In this document: piece after piece, positions 27,394-40,300 of the stretch
Position numbering within the stretch: position 1 is the stretch's first letter
Layout: each line of letters starts with the position of its first letter
Assembly: GCA_037379345.1 (NCBI GenBank)
Contig: CM074520.1
Location: 38,164,664 to 38,228,663 of the forward strand
Source: Perna viridis
Taxonomy: Eukaryota
DNA: 64,000 nt
Reading direction: 5' to 3'
Made by a program: the position numbers and the translations under genes
The notes under the pieces: model-generated
Told to the model about the DNA's origin: nothing
Databases searched by the model: none
The model's input: only the letters and a program-made list of their open reading frames with translations

Positions 27394-28209
27394 GTCATGA
27401 CTATTTCTCTTTTTTGAAATATAGATAATGTTATCTTTGATGAGACATTCCAAATTATTTTATGATCATGAATAAGGACGAAAATGAGACAAGTGAAAAT
27501 CTGTCTTTTACTACTTAATTTGAATTGTTTGATATCCCAGTACATTTAATTGGATAAATATTTGGTGATTAATCTCAATTCATAGTTTGGCTTGTATTCA
27601 GCTGTTTACAAAGTAATATTTTATAAAAGATCTAACGATTTTATTGTTTTTTTATCTATATCATATATGGATGCATTTTATAGTTAAAACGCCCATTTAT
27701 CTTCAAGTTTATTCTATATAATAATACAATCACCAAACTGATGAAATCAAGATAGTAGTCAAAAGGACAAGTGTACATAACCCGGAATATTAGAACACTT
27801 CGGCATTTACTTAGTACAGGCATTTCATAATAAAAGGTAGATTAAACCAGGTTTTAATAGCTCACTAAACGTCACGCGTCCATCGCGATTCATCATTTCC
27901 TGAATATTTCAACACAAGTGAGTAGCATTTTTTATCTACTGCAAAATTGAAATAAGCGATCTAATTATATTAATATTTTATCTTAATCATTTTTATCCGA
28001 AAAACAAACAAACAAACAAACAAACAAAGCAAAGCACAAAAAAACAAAACAAACTAAAAAAAATTGAAAACTGTCAAAGGCGTCCAGTTAATTTTATAAA
28101 TCAGTGTCCTATAAACATGTGTGGAGTTATATTACAAAGAACCACATTGAGACTTATTTTGCCATTTCTTTAACTTGTTTTTTTTTTGTTTTTGTTTTTT
28201 TCGTTCCAG

Positions 28210-28224
28210 ACAGGGTGTTTTTTT
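28210..28224 (+). CDS. Predicted 15-nt micro-exon ACAGGGTGTTTTTTT (phase 2 = Q-G-V-F-L)
   Basis: tttgtttttttcgttccag|15 nt|gtaaat; same length, order and AC...T ends as minus-strand exon 53570-53584; donor only moderate. Confidence 0.55.
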
Positions 28225-29701
28225 GTAAATATTGTGTTGTTAGTATCAATGACTCAGTTGTTATATTTTTATTCGTAACTGAAGCAAAGTCGTTTTCTTG
28301 GGTTTTCATTCCCTTTCCCAATATTTATGTTTGTATATGGTAATAAATTCATCAGTGACGCACGTTTCTGTATAAATTATATTTTTATAGATATATATTA
28401 TATATTTTATTTTGACATGTGCTACTAAGTGTATATATTTTTTTTTCTAGTAATCGTATATTTATAAATGTTTGAAGTTCGAATAATAAAAACTATTCCT
28501 AATAATGTGTTTGAAATGGAGGTGCTATAAAACAAACATTTAATGTTTACCACATTTAATACATATCTCGAACAATTAAGCACTTCTCCTTATCTCTAAT
28601 TGGCATGAAATGCTACTGACAAATAGTCACAAATAATTAGTGTTTAAAGAACAAATTGTGAACTTAGATGCTTCAATCCATAATAATCGTGAAATCATAA
28701 AGATTCTTGTAATTTCTTCCTATAAATGAACAACGAATTGGAAAAAAAAATGCTGACAAAGAAACTGTGTCCACAATCAGTAAAAACAATATGCAGTGAA
28801 TACATTCAGTATTATATAATTAAGCATATATAGAAATATAACGTTGTTTGTTTTGTGAAGACATGGTTTTCTGAATAACGTTATGTACGCAGATTAAAAT
28901 GATGTTTTCAATTATAAGCAGTATTGGTTTAATGACAGGGCACAAATGTGTCAATATATAAATGAAGTAATGCAACAAAACAGTCATTGTCTCATTATAA
29001 TAATTTTTTACTACGTCGTTTTGAATAGTTGTAATGTTGATATTGTAAGTCATAACATATTGCCCCTTTACTTTTGCAGCCGTGTAATTGCACATTTCCT
29101 AACATAGAAACTTTAGAAAATTATAAATGTATATAAATTCGTATGTTTACACATTTCTACATGTTTAGTCGATTTTGGACAAAACACAATATGTATTTGT
29201 CAGTATTAGTTTATTACTTCATATTGGAATATAGTGATACATAAATGGACATATATATGTTTATTGGACAAATTGTCTAATTTAGCATTTTTTTTTTTTA
29301 TAAATTTTCGTTTATCATCATTTTTACGCACTGTAATAAAAATTAATTAACATTTAATGTCAGTTTCGCCTGTTTATGTTTTTGGAGAAGTATTAATCTA
29401 TCGATACATGGTATATTTATCGTATTTTCCCTATTGGTATATTTGTTAAAACTTCCATTAAACAAGAAACGAAAAGTATCAAGTACAAGTACAAGTGACA
29501 AGTATCTTAACGCCCTGCAAGTACTTTTTATAATTCGTATGTGATATGTTATTTGTTTATAATTTAGTTTTATACGTAGTGTTTCTTTTTACCTTCAAAT
29601 ATCGTGTTGTGTATTTATCTTAAATGATCAGTACATATTTGTTCCCAGATACGCATAGTATTAGATATACATGTAATATCTCGTTTTATTGACCATTTTA
29701 G

Positions 29702-29719
29702 GGATTGTAAAAAGTGTGG
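29702..29719 (+). CDS. Predicted 18-nt micro-exon GGATTGTAAAAAGTGTGG (phase 2 = D-C-K-K-C-G)
   Basis: gaccattttag|18 nt|gtaagt; 15/18 identical to minus-strand exon 52789-52806 while flanking introns are unalignable by eye. Confidence 0.8.
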
Positions 29720-30225
29720 GTAAGTTCGTTAACGAAACAGATGTGTAGCTTTACTGAACTATGTGTATACAATGAATGCTTTATTGAGTACATTTGGTTA
29801 TAGACCAACTAAGATTAGGTGAAATGAACACGTATAACAGATCTGAACTGTTTGAATTATTTCCTCTAACAAGACTTTTTTTAGACAAGTAAAACAAATA
29901 TCTTTTATTTACATTCCTTTGTTTTGATACGTATTATATTTTGCTAATAATTGATCCTTATCTTGTTTAAGGAAAAGAACATGGCATGATTATATACAAG
30001 AAAAAAGGTAAAACAAAGCAGTAGAATATACGAGAATAAAGGAAAAACAAAGCAGTAGATCAGTGATCATTTAAATGTTTAAATGTTACCAACACAGATG
30101 ACACTAGATAGTATCAGATGATTCAAACATTGTATATATGTGTGTAGTATAATAGTGATGTGTGTTATTGGGATAATGGACCTCGTTCCGTGTTATTATA
30201 TATATTTCTGTCTTCTTTTATTTAG

Positions 30226-30250
30226 GAAATTACAATTGACAATCAAATAA
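30226..30250 (+). CDS. Candidate terminal coding exon of the plus-strand micro-exon gene (phase 2 KLQLTIK*; phase 1 GNYN*)
   Basis: strong acceptor tttctgtcttcttttatttag ~500 bp after the 18-nt exon; AATAAA nearby; no paralog support. Confidence 0.3.
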
Positions 30251-31170
30251 AATACATTGAGTTTATTTCACTTATTGTCACACTGAGTTAAACATTGTGG
30301 AGTCAATCTTGCTTACATTGATTAATCGGTCAGAAAAAAAAAGACTTTGTATTATGTTGATTATTCATATGAGATTTTGGAGAAACAGGTAAAGATATAA
30401 ATAAGTAATATATATATATAATACTTTTTTTCAATTTTTTTCCCTTATATTTTGTGTCGGTGTAATTACACAACATTGTTGTTTATTTTTTTATATCCGA
30501 AATAAAAAGAATACTCATTTTTCTGTAAGAAGACAGTTTCATGTTCTTTTAATCTATTAAGTTACAGATTGTTTTTGTTGACCGAGCTAGTGATTAATGT
30601 TTTGTAATAACGAATGTGTTAATACTTCAAAGATAATTTGTTTTGTTTATTGTACAAGAAAAAAAATGTTTGAAAAATAGACACCTTTTGTCTATACCAA
30701 TTAATATTATTAAATTTAAAGAAAAACAAATTAAAATAGTAAATAAACATAACATGAAATTACTTATGACAGATTTGTGTTGTTGTAGTTCGTGTATTGA
30801 CCCGATTTGTATGATTTTGGTTGTTTTTTTTTTTTTTTGTTTTTTGTCAAATTTATTTTTTTAACAACTAGTGAATATAAGTATTAGTGAATACTTTTAA
30901 TCTATATATCTTTTATTTTATTGATAAATATAAACAAAAGTTTGTATATTTGACGTAAAGAGATAAGACAACAATTGCACCTGAGACACAAAAAAAAAAC
31001 ATCCAAATGGATATAGATATGTGTATAAAAATATGAAAAAAATTGTTGCATTTTTTTAATATGTATTAACTTTATTGTCCCAATTATTTAGAAAAATCAA
31101 ATTTTCAATAAAATCAAAACGAGATGTGTTTATTACTTGTTGCACTAAAGCGAGTTATATGATGTTATTT

Positions 31171-31345
31171 CATGCTCCCAGTTTTTGGTGGAGTCCGAGT
31201 TGCTCTTTTACTTTTGTTACTTTGTATGTATGATTTTAGTTATTTAATGTTCTTTGTTGTGTATGTCTGTTTTCCATGTCTGGTTTTTGTCCCTGGGTTA
31301 CATTTTTTGATTACCGCTATAACCTTGGTTCCCTTGATTACTCTT
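31171..31345 (+). mobile_element. Penelope-like element 3' terminal fragment
   Basis: catgctcccagttttt...ggttcccttgattactctt. Confidence 0.88.
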
Positions 31346-32264
31346 ACCAAACACATTGTTTAAAGGTCAGCTTTATTTACCAGTATCATAAGGCAGATCT
31401 TGTATAACATTTGCAATGAACGAACAGTCACAATCAAATCAACTGATGGGCATCAGTACAAGACAACCAGAAAAAAAGGGGGAGAGTATTTAATCTCATT
31501 ATCGTCACAAAATTAGAAGGAGAAGAAGCTGAATTTAGTTATTAAGCATCACAAACAAATTGTTCAATTAGTATTATTACGCATTCCATGCCTTATGGTA
31601 AATCTAAACCCAAACAGCACAAAAAAACATCAGATGAAATATGAACTGCTGATAAAACTTTAGAATAAAACGTTGAAAGTTCACAATTGTATTACACGAT
31701 GTTTGAACATCAATAACTTCACTGTGTCAATGAAACGGTTCCCCGTTCCAGGTAAAAGCTTTATAGTGCAATGAATGACTATGCATAATACATTTCAAGT
31801 CGGTAATTTCAAGAATAATAATATTTCGATTTTATGGCAATTTGATAGCAAAAAAGGACTAGTAACTGTTACAAATTCATTATCTATAAGTGAATCAAAT
31901 TCAGGTCGGTAAAATATTTGTGGCCAGTGCATTGTAAAAAAATACAAGTGCTATATATTTCTTTTACAAACGCCATTTTCACTACATCTATGTGGTAACA
32001 TAAATCATAACATAAATCAATGTAAGGATTGGTTATTAATTTCTTTTAAATTTGTCAACTTCCTTTAGAATATAAGCTATTTCAAACCAATACACTACGT
32101 GTAATTGTGCTTAGTTATACTTTCTGATAAAGATACGAGAGGCGGAAATTGGTCAGTGGTGTATATGTTTGTTTAAGAATTGAACGTTTTTGTTAATAAA
32201 TAAATAAATGCAAGTAGACAAAATGAAAGGAAATCCTTAAATACAAAATATTAAAATTTAGCGC

Positions 32265-32304
32265 GCACACACACACACACAGACACACACACACACGCAC
32301 ACAC
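32265..32304. repeat. (CA)n microsatellite
   Basis: direct reading. Confidence 0.9.
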
Positions 32305-32822
32305 GTCCCAAAAATGGAATGTTTAAGAGATTTACTTTGGTTTACAACTATATTCTCATACAACGAATTTCATTAGTCGTGTGTTTATGGATTTTGGTAA
32401 CTTGATATAACCTCTCTCTTTGAAAATTTGTGGACACGTTGATAACGTTTTTAATGAATAAAACTCATCTAAAAAAGAAGAACGAAGAAAAATGGATAAC
32501 GAATTTTCTAAAGTACTCCAACAACCAGGATTTATGTAATGAAAATGTGATAATTGGGAATTATTGTCTCGTGCTCAAGGGTTAATTCTGAGCTGCTTTT
32601 AGTTATAAACCTTCATTTCCTTTATCCAAAGCTTCATATTATTCCATGAATTCTTATACAGTTGCATGACAAATAGTTAGTCTGCTTGAAACAGGCTACG
32701 TAATAATTGCTGAAAGCGCTGTAATTTAAAAGTTAAGCGGAATAAAGTGGATCAGGAAAATAAAGAATATGAAGTTTTAAATTTGGTTTAATTTCTTTGT
32801 ATTTTTGTTTCCTTTCTTACAG

Positions 32823-32841
32823 ATAGCTACCATTTTTTACG
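32823..32841 (+). CDS. Candidate micro-exon (19 nt from CAG acceptor, or 15 nt CTACCATTTTTTACG from the TAG at 32824-32826)
   Basis: tttttgtttcctttcttacag|atag|CTACCATTTTTTACG|gtaaag; start resembles minus-strand exon CTACATTTT. Confidence 0.4.
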
Positions 32842-33789
32842 GTAAAGATTATTTAATTAGAACTTTTTTTTCTGTTGGAGTACCTACAGTATTACTTTTT
32901 CGTAACCTCGCTCCTCATTCGTCAATGTGTACAAAAATGGTAATATGTAGTCACCGTTTCCGAATCGTTTGATAATAAGCATTGACATCTCTAAAACAGA
33001 GACACGTTAACTCTTCTCATATGACAATACATATATATATTGTTGATACATCCATAAATGTGTTAGGTTCCGAAAGCTGTCTTTTAAAATATACTCCCGC
33101 TACATTTGTTTAGGTGACTGTATACCTTAAATTTATATATAGGAACCAAAATTGCCGATGACCATATTTTTAATAGTAGAAAACAAATCAATACTTACGA
33201 TCGTTAAATACAAAACAAGCCCATGTATCGCCTAACATTAAGCAAAAGCCTGGCGAGAATATAACGATAAATAAACATGTACTAATAATTTTCAATCGTC
33301 ATTGAAAAAGAAAAATCAAAGTCCTTATGTACTGAATTAATTTACATTGACTTTTTTTAGTTGCCTTAAAAAGCCAAGAACAGAGACTGACTTTTTGGTT
33401 ATTAAAACATTTCAACCATTATTGTATGGTAATACTGTAAAGTTCCAACATTGTTGTCCCAACTTATACAACGGAGGCAATTACTCACACTTGTACACAA
33501 TATTCATACTTTGGTAGTGACTTAAGCGTATGATTTTGAAAGTATACAATCTGAGTTTTATTTTGACCACATTTGAACAATACATACTCAGATAATCCAT
33601 TTACAATGCATTATTCAAGAATAAGTATGTATAAGTACTACTTAGTAGGGTGACCATTTGATGTACTAGTGAATATCGAGACCTTTGCTTTGGTATACTT
33701 TATAATTATGTCCCTTTGTATTTTTCTATGTTCATGAAAATCGCCATTTTATTTTGTTTTCAACTAATTTCATTGATGAAAAAAATAGT

Positions 33790-34070
33790 TTCACCAATTT
33801 TGTGTTGTGTATTCTTTTAAAGGATCAGGACACATTTGTTCCAAGATACACATCGTATCAGATATGCATATAATACTTTTTCTCGTAAGTTCGTTTAGAG
33901 TACAGATGTATACCTTTACTGAACTACATCGAACATTTTATTGTGTACGTTTTATTATAGACTATGGCCAGTACGATTAAGTGAAATAAACACATAAAAC
34001 AGATTAGAACTAATTGAATTATTTGCTTCAAATTAAATGGTGTTTCAGGACAAGTAAAACATATATATCA
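33790..34070 (+). pseudogene. Diverged duplicate of 29600-29900 from which the acceptor and the 18-nt micro-exon are deleted
   Basis: gttccaagataca...taatactttttctc|gtaagttcgtt...cagatgt...ctttactgaacta is colinear with 29641-29760 but lacks ~29685-29719. Confidence 0.7.
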
Positions 34071-35715
34071 TAAACTCATTTAATTAAAAAAAGGCTTTTT
34101 GAGACATTTCATTTAAACATTTTGAAAAAAAGTAGCGAGAAATGTAGTAAAGAAAAAATACAACACTTAACATACATATACACTGGTCCTTGTGACACAT
34201 ACGGTACTATTATAATAAATCGGAGTATAATAAATAATAGTGTGAGTTAAAAAAACACACACAAGCAAACGTAAAATAACATTTAAGACTGAAAAATGCC
34301 AATGTTCAATACAGACATGATATTATGAACAGTTTTTTTTTATTCTGCATTGATATATATATCAAACAACACAATTTTTAAATAAGATACGTTATGATCA
34401 AACCCATTAGGCTATAGGCAAGTTGAATAATTACGAAAATGCCATGTTTTTCGTCAAAAAGTTATGCAAATACATGCGTATGATTTAAATATGTGCACAA
34501 TCCTTGTAATATGTATCCCCATCCTATTATACAATTGACCCACTCCCATTTGTTATAACGTTGCGTACGTTGTTGGTGTCACATACGACTGAACCGGGGG
34601 CTGGTTAGGAAAACTTAAATGTTGCTGTTAGAGTGTGGAGTTGTCAAAGGAAATATAGATATTAAAATGTTCGAAAATGGTTATTGTTTAAGAATTGTTA
34701 TCATAAATCTTTGAAAGATGCCATTAATTGTGGATGAAAACAATAGTCGATCACAGCAACGTCCATTTTCATATGTGGACGGATAACATTAAGAAATGCC
34801 TGCTTCACATTTCACCAATATATCTAAGTTGTTTCTTGATGTATTATCATTAGACAAACTTTTTTTATGGAAAGAGCAATTTGTGTTTTTCAGGACGTAA
34901 TAATAAGCGTATTACAATATTACAAATGTCTCCCCTTTGATGTGGACAATGCAATAATAGAAATAAATCTATTTGAAGACAAAATGTTGACATTTTTGTC
35001 TTTAAATTATGCGAAAAGCTTTTTTTTAATCGGGTCTTTTATTAAATATTTTGACAATTTATTACCTTACCACAATGAACATATATAAATTTTCAATCAC
35101 TCTTTTTGTTAAAAGCCTTCTTGTCCGTATTTCAATTATATCACAAATCTTAATCTTTTCGACGTTGGCCATTGGCTACTTTCTTGCTTACGGTTGTAAA
35201 ATATAACAACGAATAGTAGTTTTTACCAAAGTATATTCTCGCTTAAAAGACTATATAATTATTCAGAATATCATGTATATTCTAAAAATAATGAGTTTTA
35301 TTGTCTAATAGTAGATAATTACGCACGTATGTTGTGATGTCACGTTGTCTTTTTCCCAACGTTTTCTTTACTTTGCGTGCTAGCCAGTCTTTATCAAAAG
35401 CTTCTTTTGTTAGCTTTGAGTGAACTTATAACTATGAACTTCACATGTATATAAGCTGCAGTTAGTATATTCTAAAAATAATGGTACTTGGTGAAACATG
35501 TATCTTAGTGCAGCATTTTGTTTGTGTCTGACCAAAATGTCACAACATCTAGAATTAGTATTTTATTTATTCACGCGTACAGCATGTGAAATTCGAAAGA
35601 ATTGTTCAAAAAGGGAAATGGTGTTAAGTAGATTTCTTCATATACTAAAAAAAGTTTTAATCCTCTATGATTTTATCATTTATCAATTTTTTCTTTGGCT
35701 TAACAAATGGGTTAA

Positions 35716-35991
35716 ACACTCCGTGAGACGTCCACGTTTCCCATTTCGTTCGTGCATCGTCTATCGTGTGTTTACACGTCGTTTTGCGTTCGTTTAAACG
35801 CACGATAAACGCACGTTAGAAGCGTTCATTTAAACGCACGATAAAAGCGTTCGTTTATCGTACGTTTAAATGCTCGATAGGAGTGTTCGTTTAAACGCAT
35901 GATAGAAGAGTTCGTTTATCGTGCGTTTGGTGAGCGTTTGGCGATCGTTTAGGTTTCGTGCTTGAGGAAACCTAAACGCCTAAAGGAGTGT
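35716..35991. mobile_element. MITE with imperfect TIRs (ACACTCC.T.AG.CGT) and internal cgttcgtttaaacgcacgata repeats
   Basis: acactccgtgagacgt ... aaacgcctaaaggagtgt are reverse complements. Confidence 0.7.
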
Positions 35992-36745
35992 ATATATATG
36001 TAAAACCGTGTCTAACAAATTTGTCACAAAGCACAGTTTTGACGCTTCCAAAATAACGTTCTGTTTTGCGACATACAAACTCTTTTAACGTCAATTTTAA
36101 AAACAATAAAAAATATTGAAGAGGTACGAACCTAGATTAAATTAATATGACTGTGGATGTAAGGATTAAAGAAAAAATACGATTTTTGCGAATCTTATCA
36201 AATAATGAAACAAATGTTGAAAAGTAAACAGGAAAAAGAAAGCCCTTCCTCTTGCGCGCACTCCTGTCTGTTCATATGCAATGATGTCTGGATGAAATCG
36301 GGATCAACGTGTCTTCATCAAAGTATTTTGAAGTGTGTAGACACGCGCTTGCACCTTCGCTAGTGAAATATTGTAAAATCAACGTATTTCCTGATCGTCT
36401 TAATTACCTTTTGACAATTATTTTAGCTATAATATATAATAAGCTGTAAAGATATTACAACATAATTTTTTTTTTAATTATTGTTCAAATCGGACCAAAA
36501 AAAATTATTCCAGTGTGGCTTTTTTGACCCCTTATAACTCGAAAACAGTAAGAGATATCCGAAATGTGATTGTAAAATGCAGGCAGGATTGTTCATGAGG
36601 AATCCAATGATAAATCCAATGAAATAAAAAATTTCGAAAAAAAAAAAAAAAAGTTATGAAAATGTTTGTAGGCGTTGCCCCTATAATTTTCAAATGGTCC
36701 AAACACATAAAATATTTTGTTTATTTGTTTACCAGAATTAAATAA

Positions 36746-36947
36746 AGGACGCTTACTCTATCGGTGCACCTGGTCAATGCTCCCAGTTTTTAGTGGAGTC
36801 CGAGTTGCTCATTTGCTTTTGTTACTTTGTATGTATGATTTTAGTTACTTTATGATCTTGCTGTGTATGTCTGTTTTCGATGTCAGGTCTTCGTCCCTGG
36901 ATTACATTCTTTTGATTACAGCTATCACCTTGGTTCCCTTGATTACT
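36746..36947 (+). mobile_element. Penelope-like element 3' terminal fragment
   Basis: aggacgcttactctatcggtgcacctgg...ttcccttgattactc. Confidence 0.88.
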
Positions 36948-36999
36948 CATCAAAAATAGAATATAATAAAAATTGAGAAAAAAAAACAATCTACATGGG

Positions 37000-37268
37000 T
37001 TTTACCCTTTTTGGCCCCGTTTTTGAAAGGGGCAGGGGCAACACAGTCCGAATTAAATAGGAATATTCTTAGTTGTAAAATCATATCAACATTTCATAAC
37101 CATTCGTCAACCACAACTGAAGTTATCGCACGGAAACGAAGTGTCCCCAGACCACGACGACGACAAAGCGGACGACGACGAAGCGGACAACGACGTCGCC
37201 GCCGACAACGAGGACTGCACCATAACATTATACTACCGCAAGTTTTTTTTTTCGTCGTAAAATAAAAA
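37000..37268 (+). mobile_element. Non-autonomous repeat end with (CGA)n/(CGG) microsatellite; Helentron/HINE-like architecture
   Basis: GC-rich gacgacgac tract followed by cataacattatactaccgc...ataaaa; family assignment is from general resemblance only. Confidence 0.45.
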
Positions 37269-37396
37269 CGGGAGATTTCGCTTTCAAATATTCCCGAAGA
37301 GGGAGCTTTGCCAATGTTTTGATTTCTCAAAATGTTTAGCAATGTTTTATGTTTGGCATCAAACCTTAGAATTCCGAAACAAGTACATGTATTCGG

Positions 37397-37482
37397 AAAT
37401 ATCAACATACATGTCGTGCGTGTTATTTTGTGTAAAAACAAATATCAACATACATGTCGTGCGTGTTATTTTGTGTAAAAAA
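37397..37482. repeat. ~44-bp direct tandem duplication
   Basis: aatatcaacatacatgtcgtgcgtgttattttgtgtaaaaa twice. Confidence 0.9.
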
Positions 37483-37659
37483 AATAATAAACACACTTCT
37501 TTTTACATGTAACAATTATAGAACAATGTACGTCGCAATACAAAATAGAATCGATTTCGACGTTACCAAATATGACACCAACACCGCACGCTACGTCTAT
37601 GCATTTAGCTTTAGTTTGTGCTTTTTGTAGTTGGCTGCAAGTAAGTAACAGATAACACC

Positions 37660-37696
37660 TTATGAACAAAGTTCAACCCCACCACATATCTTGCAC
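37660..37696 (-). CDS. Candidate terminal exon (R)CKICGGVELCS*
   Basis: aatttagacag acceptor; phase matches the donor of 38430-38520; repeats the CKxCG motif. Confidence 0.4.
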
Positions 37697-38429
37697 CTGT
37701 CTAAATTATAAGAAATAGACAATTTTATTCTACGGTGATATTAAAGTTTAGGTTCTGATATGTTGCAATTTTAGTGTAATTGCAATTTTGCTGAATCAGC
37801 ATGTTTAATTGTTACATAGAATTGAAGGCTTTGCACGTGTGTCGGTAATAATTCACAACTATTGCTATTTGTTAATTTTCAATCGTTAAACACTGAAGAG
37901 ATTTTACAGACATTTGACTATTATATGTATTTACATATTTCAACAATAATTAAATATCGAGTTGTGGGTGCCATTTTCCTATCTTACTGCAAATTCCACG
38001 ATAAATGAAAAAAATGCAATGGTTGATATTTTCATCCCGGTGAGGTTGTTGTCTCTTTAACATACACACCATACCTATTTTCGTTATATGTATTATTGTA
38101 TAAATGATGATAAGTTTGGTAAGGTCTTTTACTCCCTCCCCCTTTTAATTTATGTGTTTTTGTTTTCTTTTAATTCAATACAGTATTATGCACGTTCATA
38201 CTACGATGGTGAATTTACCAATAAATTTGGAATCAATGCCTCTATAAAGGTTTATACACTTAGAAAACACAACAATCCATGAGTATATATTCAAAGATAG
38301 TTCACTGTATCGACGCTAGTGCATACCAAACATTGAAAACGAACAAGATTTTTGAATAGCATTCCATTTACAATGTAACATATACGGATTTTTCATCAAT
38401 GAAAGATATGATGAAAAACATACACTCAC

Positions 38430-38520
38430 CTTGCTGGGACCAAAGGGTATATTGATATAGAAGGTATTGCTTTGTTGTCTACCTTTTCAATAAATTCGTT
38501 TGAAATGTAGCAGACCGTTC
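38430..38520 (-). CDS. Candidate 91-nt exon TVCYISNEFIEKVDNKAIPSISIYPLVPA (phase 1 to 2)
   Basis: tgtttgtttatgtttaaatattag acceptor, open frame, consensus AAG|gtgagt donor. Confidence 0.45.
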
Positions 38521-39823
38521 CTAATATTTAAACATAAACAAACATGCTTGACGAAACCAAACGAATACTTGATAACAATAAGAGAAAGTGATGGCATTTG
38601 CTCGTTTCTGGAAAGTTTCTTTAGCTTTAATTGCGTTTTGTTCTCGACACTGACACAAAGTTGTTATGAGTGCGTTTATAAAACGTTGGACACCCGTTTA
38701 TGTATATTGCAAGGACAAAAGTGTTAAGTGGTATACCGGTAACTATCATTATATAAGTATGATGTGATTGTTAATGGTTAGAGATTACAAAGGGCAGTTG
38801 TTGCGCCGATCTATGAGGGTATGGAAAATGGGTGTGTAATTTACATGCACATGAGAGAACGTAAAAGTCTCTTTAAAATAAAAAAAAAATGTATCGTCCA
38901 TGATAAAAGTGGAGTGGAAGCAGATGACTGAAAAAAAAAAAAGAAAAAAAAACTTGTGAAACGCACATTCTTCCAAACAAAAACCGCGGGCGTATTGTCT
39001 GCCCTGAACAGGTTTGTTGATAAAGGTTACCAATTTCAATTATTTGATTATTCTTTGAACCTTATTTTACAAATAGAGATATTAGTCCCCTAAATGCATT
39101 ACCACATAAAAAAAAAACTGTCTTTTTTGACATTGTATGACATCACATTTTGTCTTTGTAGTACTTATTGTCACTACTCCAAATCAAGTTTGCTGGAAAT
39201 ATGAAACTAAAACTTTTGATGATAATTGCATTCTTCAATATATTCTGAGCTTTTTTTTTTCACTAACTGTGAAACTTTTAAGTGGATATCCCAGCTTGTC
39301 TATATGGTGTATATTTAGGTATTCCACCAGCTGTATAAATGATTGAACAGTATGGCGTGTTTATTTGTTGTTTCCGTTCATTTGTTTTATCTGTCATTCT
39401 GCTACAATTATGTATGAAGTCCTTAAAAGGCTTTGAGACCACAATTGTGGTTGATTTTCGATTGCTATATGAGCAAAACGATATTGGGTGTGGCTAATGT
39501 GTGTGTGAATACTGCCCACTTTGAATGATATAAACAAACACACGAAACATGTTGATGTGTAACAGATGTTTTCATTCATTTCATGAATAAACATCAAACA
39601 CATATTTCATCAAAAATATTAAACTTTATGTTTTAGAAAAGTTATATTATATTCCTGAAAAATCACTTACACACGTACACGGTAGCATGGCCACGCGTGT
39701 AATCATGTACGAAAACAGACAAAAACAATCGTCGATGAATGAAACATTGTACATGTCCATATTTAGTACACCGCGACAGTATTATGCAAACAACTATTGT
39801 CATATCTAACATCCTTCTACTTT

Positions 39824-40011
39824 CTGTAAAAGTACTTTAATACATAGATCAGGGAAGAAACAGAAGTTCATGGATTCCTGAATTCGTGGTTTTGAGGTTT
39901 TCAGTACACACATCAATGGAAATCTACTACTCGTTGGGAACTAAATTTCGTGAAATTTCCTGCCTAAGAAAACCACGAAAATTGGTACCACGAATAATAG
40001 TACTTTCACAG
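39824..40011. mobile_element. Tc1/mariner-type MITE (CTGT.AAAGTACT TIRs)
   Basis: ctgtaaaagtact ... agtactttcacag|ta; internal ttcgtggtttt / aaaaccacgaa inverted motifs. Confidence 0.7.
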
Positions 40012-40169
40012 TAATTCACTTTTTCCTTCATAATATATAATACAAAGGACTAGTTCTTATTTTCACTGATAAACGACCATTTCAAGAGACAATACGAAAA
40101 GTGTACAGCCAAAAAATGACAAATATGGGAGTGTAGGTTTATTATTAAAGGTCACGAAAATGTTGTCCT

Positions 40170-40300
40170 ATTAAAAACAAAATTAATCACAGAAACTCGA
40201 GTTTGTCATTAATTCACTATGGACTGACAATTTATCGGTATTTACCAAAAATATCAGTAAATTAATGATAAACTAGTGTTTTGTGATTTATTTCTTAATT
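40170..40300. repeat. Imperfect inverted repeat (~45-bp arms)
   Basis: aatcacagaaactcgagtttgtcattaattcact versus agtaaattaatgataaactagtgttttgtgattt. Confidence 0.75.

Noticed and set aside
37011-37441. Arg-rich protamine-like ORFs
   Set aside because: Arise from the (CGA)n tract of a repeat element
37631-37640. Plus-strand 10-nt micro-exon TTGGCTGCAA|gtaagt
   Set aside because: Good splice sites but not frame-preserving and no paralog; left unassigned
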